Shown here: piece after piece, positions 13,695 to 19,876 of the stretch | Layout of the letters: each line of letters opens with the position of its first letter | Numbering within the stretch: position 1 is the stretch's first letter | Origin: a virus | Taxonomy: Duplodnaviria; Heunggongvirae; Uroviricota; Caudoviricetes | Virus record (IMG/VR): IMGVR_UViG_3300037471_001079 | Coordinates: 1-19,876 of that record | Reading direction: 5' to 3' (one strand) | DNA: 19,876 nt | Made by a program: the position numbers and the translations under genes | Notes under the pieces: model-generated | Seen by the model: only the letters and a program-made list of their open reading frames with translations | Database searches by the model: none | Told to the model about the DNA's origin: nothing

Positions 13695-15615
13695 TTTCAA
13701 GACCGGCGTCGGCCTGATCACCGGCCCGAACGAGAGCGGGAAGTCGCTCATCGTCGAGATGATCCGCTACGGCCTGTTCGGGAGCGAGGCTCTGCGCGGG
13801 CCGGCGGACGACTACCGCACTCTCCGCATGAAGTTGGTCTGGTCCCTCAGGGACCACACCTACATCGTCGAGCGTAATGGCCGGTCGGCCGACCTGTTCA
13901 AGGATGACGTCCAGATTGCGACAGGGGTTCGACCTGTCAATTCTAAGATCCAGGAAATCCTGGGATTTGGATTGGACGTCTTCGACATCTCCTGCGTGAC
14001 GAACCAGGGGGACGTCGAGAAGCTCGTCTCTATGCGACCGGGCGACCGGAAGTCGATGATCGACCGGGTCATCGGCGTCGACAAGATCGAGGCCTTGGCC
14101 AAGTGGTCGGGCGACGAGGCACTGATCCGTCAACGCCAGATCGCGCTCGAAGAACCCCGCCTGGTGGAGCCAGTCGCGCCCGTGACGCCGGCGACCTACC
14201 AACCGTCGGACGCGATCCAGGGCCAGCTCCTGGCCCTAGTCAGGTTCAAGGCCGAGTACGACCAGCTGGTTGGCTGGCTCTCGCACGAAAAGCGGGAGCC
14301 GATCCAGCCGGTCGACACCCAGCCGGACTACAGCTTGGACTACATCATCGAGATCGAGGCCAAGGCTGCGGAGAAGGCTCGGCTCATGAAGGAGCTGGTC
14401 ACCCTTCCTAAACCATCCGAGTGGAGGGAAGAGGACTTGGTCCGTGCCGAGAAGCAGATCGAGGCTTGGGAGTTGTGGCAGGAGCGTCTGCGCTTCGAGC
14501 AGCGTCACCCTCGACCTGATTTCAGCAGGTCCGAGCTAACGTTGGAACAGACGGCTATCGACCGAAAGGCCGAGCGGGCGCAGCTGATGCGGACGCTCAT
14601 GAACCTCCACCGCGGTGCAGTTACCTGCCCCTGCGGCCGGGAGTTCGAGCTGGAGCACGCCAAGATAGCCGAGCTACAGCAGCGGCTTGACAGCCTTCCG
14701 GCCTTGGAGGCGACCATGACCCAAGCTCTGATCAACGAGCAGCTTCATCGACACGTCGACTGGGAGTCCACCGAGACGCAGGTCGCCTACGAGTTCCATG
14801 AGAAGGCAACCTTGATCGAGAAGCCGTTCCTGGACCGGAAGGGTGTGGCGCAGATGCGACGCATCAACGAGCTCGCCGGCCGTCGGCCCGAGATTGAGGC
14901 GGCGATCAACGCTATCGGCCACCTCCCGAACGTATCTCGTTCGGAAAAGGAACGGTACCTCGCCCAGGCCGCGGTCTACGATGAGGCTGTCGCCTCCTAC
15001 CAGCTCTGGTTCGAGGAGTTCCAGCGGCGGTCGGATAGGATGGAGGAACTTCGTCCGTTCATCGCTCAGATCCCTGGCCTGCAGAAGGACCTGCTGGTCA
15101 GTCAGAACTTCGAGATGCAGCTGGCCGCCTACGAGCGGGATCTGATCCAGTATCAGGCTGCCAAGCTGCAGCTCGACGCGCTCAAGGACGAGGCGACCGG
15201 CTGGCGTGCCTGCCGGGCGGCGATGACCGAGCTCAGGTCCCGCATCAAGGCCTACCTGGTCCCGAGCTTGAACCGGGTCGCCAGCCACCTCCTGCATCAG
15301 ATGACCGGAGGTTCTCGGCAGACGATCACGGTCGACGAGGATTTCGACACCATCTTGGTCGACGGTCAGAGTATCGACACACTCTCCGGCTCCGGAAAGG
15401 CGTGTGCCAACCTGGCCCTGAGAGTGGGGTTGGGACAGGTCCTCACAAATAATGTGTTCTCATTGTTCATCGGGGACGAGATCGACGCCTCAATGGACGA
15501 AAATCGAGCCAAGAATACGCTCGAGTTATATACAACTCTGTCCGAGAAGATATTGCAAATTCTGCTTGTCACCCACAAATCCCTGATTGCGGACTACACT
15601 ATCGCGTTGCGATAG
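13627..15615 (+). CDS. sbcC: SbcC/Rad50-like SMC ATPase
   Basis: Walker A GPNESGKS, Q-loop TNQG, long coiled coil with a central CPCG hook, signature LSGSG, Walker B/D-loop FIGDEIDASMD, H-loop VTH. Confidence 0.92.
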   Translation: MLTSLDYSVTFPSTGRTLSNSIDFKTGVGLITGPNESGKSLIVEMIRYGLFGSEALRGPADDYRTLRMKLVWSLRDHTYIVERNGRSADLFKDDVQIATGVRPVNSKIQEILGFGLDVFDISCVTNQGDVEKLVSMRPGDRKSMIDRVIGVDKIEALAKWSGDEALIRQRQIALEEPRLVEPVAPVTPATYQPSDAIQGQLLALVRFKAEYDQLVGWLSHEKREPIQPVDTQPDYSLDYIIEIEAKAAEKARLMKELVTLPKPSEWREEDLVRAEKQIEAWELWQERLRFEQRHPRPDFSRSELTLEQTAIDRKAERAQLMRTLMNLHRGAVTCPCGREFELEHAKIAELQQRLDSLPALEATMTQALINEQLHRHVDWESTETQVAYEFHEKATLIEKPFLDRKGVAQMRRINELAGRRPEIEAAINAIGHLPNVSRSEKERYLAQAAVYDEAVASYQLWFEEFQRRSDRMEELRPFIAQIPGLQKDLLVSQNFEMQLAAYERDLIQYQAAKLQLDALKDEATGWRACRAAMTELRSRIKAYLVPSLNRVASHLLHQMTGGSRQTITVDEDFDTILVDGQSIDTLSGSGKACANLALRVGLGQVLTNNVFSLFIGDEIDASMDENRAKNTLELYTTLSEKILQILLVTHKSLIADYTIALR

Positions 15616-15639
15616 TTTTATTCACACTCAAGGGTTTTC

Positions 15640-16029
15640 ATGGATAGGCAAGTCATTCTCGACGAGCTCAAGCGCGTTGGCGGCAATCTCAGCAAGGTCG
15701 CCAACGCTCTTGACCTCGACTACTTCACTCTCAAACAGGAATACGGCTCGGAGGTTGATTCCTACTTCCCCCAGGCCAAAGGTCCAGAACCGGAGGATAT
15801 TGGTTCTCTGGCAGGGAACCCGAACCTTGCCAAGTACGTGATCGCGGTCAAGCCCCGCGGTGCCGAGTGGCCGTCACATTATGACGACGTCATTCGCTTC
15901 CATCGCAAGAGGTTCAACCACGGCCTCTGCGCGATCATGAGTGAAACCAGCCGGAACGGCTGGGTCATTCTCTACTCAATACCTTTTCAAACACCTCTCC
16001 CTCGTGGGAAATTTTTTGAGGCAATTTGA
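15640..16029 (+). CDS. Protein with N-terminal Fis-type HTH
   Basis: RQVILDELKRVGGNLSKVANALDLDYFTL follows the Fis/NtrC HTH_8 pattern; C-terminal domain unrecognised. Confidence 0.65.
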   Translation: MDRQVILDELKRVGGNLSKVANALDLDYFTLKQEYGSEVDSYFPQAKGPEPEDIGSLAGNPNLAKYVIAVKPRGAEWPSHYDDVIRFHRKRFNHGLCAIMSETSRNGWVILYSIPFQTPLPRGKFFEAI

Positions 16030-16535
16030 TGTCTGACATTCGACTTTACGTCGCCAACGGAAAGCTGGTCGATCCGTTCGATCTCCAGCCCGGCGACATC
16101 GACGAGACCTGCATCGCGCACGCGCTCTCCAACATCAACCGGTATACCGGCAACTACCCGTTCCCGTATTCGGTCGCTCAGCACAGCTGCGTCTTGACCC
16201 TGTTCACGGTTCCGGTTCTGCACAAGGCCGTGCTCCTGCACGACGTCAGCGAGATGTTCCTCGCCGACATCCCGAACCCGATGAAGCGCATCCTGCCGGA
16301 CTACCAGAAGCTCGAGTTCGAGATCCAGACCGAGATCTTTCGGTACTTTGGCGTCCCGATCGAGCACCTCCACGCGATCCACAAGGAGGACCGGGCGATC
16401 TGCATGGACGAGATGAACTACGGCTACGGCGCCGAGTTCAAGGACGGCCTGGGTATCGCCGCCATCCAGCCCATGAAGTGGTACGAGGCCAAGGCCATGT
16501 ACATCCGGAAGTGGGGCGAAGTTTTCGATCAGTAA
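16026..16535 (+). CDS. HD-domain phosphohydrolase (YfbR/YfdR-like deoxynucleotidase)
   Basis: IAHALSNINRYTG...YSVAQHS...LLHDVSE...DIPNPMK. Confidence 0.88.
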   Translation: MMSDIRLYVANGKLVDPFDLQPGDIDETCIAHALSNINRYTGNYPFPYSVAQHSCVLTLFTVPVLHKAVLLHDVSEMFLADIPNPMKRILPDYQKLEFEIQTEIFRYFGVPIEHLHAIHKEDRAICMDEMNYGYGAEFKDGLGIAAIQPMKWYEAKAMYIRKWGEVFDQ

Positions 16536-16549
16536 GGATATTTGAACAA

Positions 16550-17008
16550 ATGCCTTTTTATTGGAACGACATTACTGCGGCCGAGGAAGACCTCAAGCGT
16601 GAGCGTGAGCGTGACCGTGAGCGCAAGACCTACCCTGTCAGCGAGCCTGGCTTCATTAAGACGATGGAGCTCCGGTCTTCTGACAAGGACCCTGCTCCCA
16701 CCAAGATGCAGCGCTTCAACGCCGGTAAGCTGCCTCTTCACCTGGTCGATACGATCCTCGCCGAGAAGGTCGCCGAGATCCTCCGCTTCGGCATCCAGAA
16801 GGGCTACGAGCCCGACAACTGGCGCAAGGGCGGCAGCTGGCGGGAGACGATCGGCTCGTTGGAGCGGCACGTCGCCGACTTCAAGAAGGGGATTGACCTC
16901 GACCACGAGTCCAAGCTGGAGAACCTGGCTCACGCCGCCTGCAACATCATGTTTCTGCTTTACTTTTTTGAACACGGATTAGGTACTGATGACCGCATCA
17001 AGCATTGA
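16550..17008 (+). CDS. DUF5664 dATP/dGTP diphosphohydrolase-like protein
   Basis: RFNAGKLPLHLV...VAEILRFGIQKGY.PDNWRKG...SLERH...G.DLD.ES.L.NLAHAACNIMFL. Probable start ATG 16550 after AAGGA. Confidence 0.82.
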   Translation: MPFYWNDITAAEEDLKRERERDRERKTYPVSEPGFIKTMELRSSDKDPAPTKMQRFNAGKLPLHLVDTILAEKVAEILRFGIQKGYEPDNWRKGGSWRETIGSLERHVADFKKGIDLDHESKLENLAHAACNIMFLLYFFEHGLGTDDRIKH

Positions 17009-17528
17009 CAACTATCACGACTTCGTCGCCGAACTGGCGGCACCCGGCCGGCTCCGTGAGGAGCTGGTACCGCCGGCGCTCCTGAACTCGCAGCTGTTCA
17101 AGGACGCCTACAACACCCGCATCATCGACGACATCAAGAAGGCGCTGTTCTACGGTCGTGACACCGACTTGCTGGACTACTGGCGAGACCAACTGGGCCA
17201 CACAACCGGAGCCACCTACGACGTCGTCCACAAGGACTTGCTCCACGCCATCCTCGGCATGCGATCGGAGTCCGGTGAGCTGATCGAGCTGCTATACACC
17301 GCCCTGGTCGATAAGACCGAGATCGATAGGACCAAGCTGATCTCCGAGCTCGGTGATGTCCTCTGGTACCTGGCGCTCGCCTGTAACGTGCTGGGGATCA
17401 ATCTCTGGGATGTGATCGACGGTAACGTCACCAAGCTGCTCAAGCGTTTCCCGAACGCAAAGTTCTCGGAGGCGCTCGCCATCAACAAGAACGTGGACGC
17501 AGAAAATGAGTTGCTGAGTTCTGTATAA
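16989..17528 (+). CDS. MazG-like NTP pyrophosphohydrolase
   Basis: LLHAILGMRSESGEL.E and ELGDVLWY...N..KL.KRFP motifs. Confidence 0.88.
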   Translation: MTASSIDNYHDFVAELAAPGRLREELVPPALLNSQLFKDAYNTRIIDDIKKALFYGRDTDLLDYWRDQLGHTTGATYDVVHKDLLHAILGMRSESGELIELLYTALVDKTEIDRTKLISELGDVLWYLALACNVLGINLWDVIDGNVTKLLKRFPNAKFSEALAINKNVDAENELLSSV

Positions 17529-17531
17529 CTC
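17516..17531. promoter_or_regulatory. Palindromic site GAGTT-N6-AACTC (copy 3)
   Basis: GAGTTCTGTATAACTC (extends to TGAGTT/AACTCA) overlaps the MazG-like stop, upstream of nrdJ. Confidence 0.55.
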
Positions 17532-17543
17532 AAGCTTTTCTGC

Positions 17544-17571
17544 CCTGGAAATACCGCAATAGACTACATAC
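17544..17571 (+). promoter_or_regulatory. Degenerate RpoH-like promoter (CCTGGA-N14-CTACATAC)
   Basis: Weaker match at the same spacing; the predicted start site (about 17578) falls inside the hairpin's 5' arm. Confidence 0.35.
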
Positions 17572-17606
17572 CTCATGGTTCCTTCCCGAACCATGAGGTA
17601 TTTTTT
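17568..17606 (+). terminator. Terminator-like hairpin that also sequesters the nrdJ SD
   Basis: ATACCTCATGGTT (17568-17580) / AACCATGAGGTAT (17589-17601): perfect 13 bp, then a T-run. The SD GAGGT (17595-17599) lies in the 3' arm. Confidence 0.8.
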
Positions 17607-17609
17607 ATT

Positions 17610-19577
17610 TTGACAAGCCCTTCTTTTCGCGCCCAACTTATTACCCGTCGTACCTACAACCGTCCCCTCGAAGACGGCACGTTCGAGACCTGGGAACAGA
17701 CTGTCGACCGCGTCATCGGCCACCAGCGTTGGCTCTGGGAGCGCGCCCAGGGTGAGGCCCTGAACACCGACCAGGAGGACGAGCTCGCCGAGCTCCGGCA
17801 GCTGATGGTCACCCGCAAGGCTTCCACCTCCGGCCGCACTCTCTGGCTGGGAGGGACCGAGATCTCCAAGCGCCGCGAGGCTTCCCAGTTCAATTGCAGC
17901 TTCTCCTCGGTCGAGACCGTCTATGATGTCGTCGACTCGTTCTGGCTGCTCCTCAACGGCTGCGGCTTTGGCGGCCGGATGGAGAACGGCATTCTCAACG
18001 GCTTCACCCAGCCGATCGAGGACATCGAGGTCATCCGCTCCAAGCGCACGATCGCCGAGTACGAGGCTGGTGAGCGCGGTGATCCGAACACGCGTGAGAC
18101 CCTACGGCGCGGTGTCTGGACCATCAAGCTAGGTGACAGTGCCGAGGCATGGGCCAAGGCCGTCGGCAAGCTGCTGGCTCAGAAGCGGCCCGCCCGCAAG
18201 CTCGTCCTGGACTTCTCCGAAATCCGCGCCGCTGGCATCCGCCTGAAAGGCTACGGCTGGCTGTCGTCTGGCGACGAGACGATCTCGATCGCGCTGCACG
18301 AGATCGCCAAGATCCTGTCCAAGCGCGCCGGCCAGCTGCTGACCAAGATAGACATTCTCGACATCGAGAACTGGCTCGGCACCACGCTGTCGTCCCGGCG
18401 CGCGGCCGAGATCATGCTGATGGAGTTCCAGGACCCGGAGGCCGAGGTGTTCATCACGGCCAAGAAGGACTACTGGACCACCAACCCGCAGCGCGGCCAG
18501 TCCAACAACACGGTCCTGTTCTATCACAAGCCGACCCGGATGGAGCTCAAGGGTCTGTTCTCGACCATGCTTGACGCCGGCGGCTCGGAGCCTGGCTTCG
18601 CCAACGCCATTGCCGCTCTCAAACGGGCGCCGTGGTTTAAGGGCTTCAACCCCTGTGCTGAGATCCTGCTGGGCAACAAGTCGTTCTGCAACCTGGTCGA
18701 GCTCGATCTCGGCAAGTTCCAGAACCTGGCCGTGCTGATGCGCGCGATCTGGATCGTCGCCCGCGCCAACTACCGGCAGACCTGCGTCAACCTCAAGGAC
18801 GGCGTGCTCTCCGACAGCTGGCATGAGCTGAACGAGTTCCTGCGCCTGTGCGGTGTGGGCCTGACCGGTGTGGTCAAGTTCTTCCGTGGGCTGGACGCCA
18901 AGGTGTTCCAGATGATGCGGGACATGGCCCGCAGCGGCGCGGACTCGATCGCCGACGAGCTCGGGCTACCTCGCGCCAAGCTGGTCACCACTATCAAGCC
19001 GAGCGGCACACTGTCGAAGATCATGGACACCACCGAGGGCGCTCACAAGCCCCTGGGCAAGTACATCTTCAACAACGTGAATTTCTCCAAGCATGACCCG
19101 CTGATCCCGATGCTGAAGGACGCCGGCTACCACATGTTCGACAACCCGACCGACCCGGCCGGTGTAGTAGTCCGCCTGCCCGTCGCCTACGAGGACGTGG
19201 AGTTCGACGTCGTCAACGGTGTCGAGGTCAATCTCGAGTCTGCTGTCGATCAGCTGGAGCGGTACAAGTTCCTGATGGAGAACTACGTCGATCATAACTG
19301 CTCGATCACTGTCAGCTATGATCCGAGCGAGATCCCAGCGATCATCGACTGGCTGGACCGGAACTGGGACAGCTATGTAGGCGTCAGCTGGCTTCTCCGC
19401 AATGATCCGACCAAGACCGCGGCCGATCTCGGGTTCCCATACCTTCCTCAGGAAGTCGTCACGCGCGAGACGTACGAGGCGTATGTGGCCACCCTGGCCC
19501 CGATCGCTCTCGACGGCGACAGCGGTGAGGAGCTCGTGGACGATGCGTGCTCGACCGGGGCGTGCCCGGTTCGCTAA
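17610..19577 (+). CDS. nrdJ: Class II (adenosylcobalamin-dependent) monomeric ribonucleotide reductase
   Basis: RRTYNR...ETWEQTVDRV, QFNCSF, catalytic NPCAEI, FCNL, TTIKPSGT, and the C-terminal shuttle cysteines ACSTGACPVR. TTG start. Confidence 0.95.
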   Translation: MTSPSFRAQLITRRTYNRPLEDGTFETWEQTVDRVIGHQRWLWERAQGEALNTDQEDELAELRQLMVTRKASTSGRTLWLGGTEISKRREASQFNCSFSSVETVYDVVDSFWLLLNGCGFGGRMENGILNGFTQPIEDIEVIRSKRTIAEYEAGERGDPNTRETLRRGVWTIKLGDSAEAWAKAVGKLLAQKRPARKLVLDFSEIRAAGIRLKGYGWLSSGDETISIALHEIAKILSKRAGQLLTKIDILDIENWLGTTLSSRRAAEIMLMEFQDPEAEVFITAKKDYWTTNPQRGQSNNTVLFYHKPTRMELKGLFSTMLDAGGSEPGFANAIAALKRAPWFKGFNPCAEILLGNKSFCNLVELDLGKFQNLAVLMRAIWIVARANYRQTCVNLKDGVLSDSWHELNEFLRLCGVGLTGVVKFFRGLDAKVFQMMRDMARSGADSIADELGLPRAKLVTTIKPSGTLSKIMDTTEGAHKPLGKYIFNNVNFSKHDPLIPMLKDAGYHMFDNPTDPAGVVVRLPVAYEDVEFDVVNGVEVNLESAVDQLERYKFLMENYVDHNCSITVSYDPSEIPAIIDWLDRNWDSYVGVSWLLRNDPTKTAADLGFPYLPQEVVTRETYEAYVATLAPIALDGDSGEELVDDACSTGACPVR

Positions 19578-19876
19578 CGCTTACCACGAAGCCGGAGCCA
19601 CCTGGGCTTGACAGAGCCTGGTGTGTGCTCCGGCCTGTTGGGGGCCATGGTCCAAACCTGGTCTTCGACGGCGGCCTCAAGGAAGGCTATCCTGCAGGCC
19701 CCGCCGGAGAGCTTACCTTCCAGAGAGTCCAAGCACGCCCGCAGGGCAGCGCGGTGCTTCTCTCCGGGGGTCTCCGGCCACTCGTTCAAAAGGAAGCGGG
19801 CCAGGTCCGAGACCGTGGTTAGGACGCGCATCCGTCCAAGCTTGCGCGTCTCTACGGCGATCTCTTCGATCGAGAT
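19574..19876 (-). CDS. DUF982-family protein (5' end outside the window)
   Basis: V.V.....G.MRVLTTVSDLARFLLNEWP...GEKHRAALRACLDSLEG......CRIAFLEAA matches the Rhizobiales DUF982 pattern. The frame stays open beyond ATG 19831 to the window edge; its stop overlaps the nrdJ stop. Confidence 0.8.
   Translation of the reverse strand: MSIEEIAVETRKLGRMRVLTTVSDLARFLLNEWPETPGEKHRAALRACLDSLEGKLSGGACRIAFLEAAVEDQVWTMAPNRPEHTPGSVKPRWLRLRGKR

Larger units (their letters stand above)
1..19577 (+). mobile_element. Phage or prophage DNA replication, recombination and nucleotide-metabolism module (probably alphaproteobacterial host)
   Basis: Co-oriented, overlapping genes typical of tailed phages: SF2 helicase, split 5'-3' exonuclease plus PolA, ThyX, resolvase, SbcCD-like pair, HD/DUF5664/MazG hydrolases, NrdJ, and many small hypotheticals. 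No att site or integrase seen in the window. Confidence 0.93.

Noticed and set aside
13919-13966. Two short hairpins with atypical codons inside sbcC (similar 5-6-bp stems at about 5752-5772 and 8345-8358, palindrome TAACTAGTTA at 7006-7015)
   Set aside because: Stems of 5-6 bp are expected by chance in 20 kb; there is no shared motif.
16595-16625. Hexamer repeat GAGCGT encoding KRERERDRERK
   Set aside because: A short low-complexity charged linker; not an array or a contingency locus of convincing length.
17529-17609. Cobalamin riboswitch or NrdR box upstream of nrdJ
   Set aside because: The gap is only 81 nt with no B12-box features, and the palindrome does not fit the NrdR consensus.
6216-19577. 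Inteins, introns or homing endonucleases in polA or nrdJ
   Set aside because: Both frames are continuous with normally spaced catalytic motifs; no intein splice-junction (C...HN-C/S/T) or LAGLIDADG/HNH signature was noticed.
1-19876. CRISPR array, tRNA, integrase/att, primase or structural genes
   Set aside because: None was recognisable in this window; they may lie outside it.

Overview
This window is the DNA replication, recombination and nucleotide-metabolism module of a tailed phage or prophage. The host is probably an alphaproteobacterium (Rhizobiales-like), judged from the GapR/DUF2312 and DUF982 genes. About 30 tightly packed, often translationally coupled + strand genes encode a dual-HTH regulator, SF2 helicase, an SSB-like candidate, GapR, a stand-alone 5'-3' exonuclease, family A DNA polymerase, ThyX, a RecU-like resolvase, a DEDD exonuclease, an SbcD/SbcC pair, a Fis-type HTH protein, HD, DUF5664 and MazG-like nucleotide hydrolases, and class II ribonucleotide reductase NrdJ. 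A convergent, partial DUF982 gene ends the window. No structural, lysis, integrase, primase, tRNA or CRISPR features were seen, so prophage versus free phage cannot be decided. The most striking unexplained signal is non-coding. A cassette recurs three times: a palindrome GAGTT-N5/6-AACTC, then a sigma32/RpoH-like promoter (CTTGCA-N14-CCCCATAT-like, exact spacing), then an RNA hairpin that hides the start signal or terminates read-through. It sits in front of the SSB-like gene, the resolvase and nrdJ, and a fourth promoter copy lies at the left end. All protein family calls are from motif recognition by eye, not database searches.
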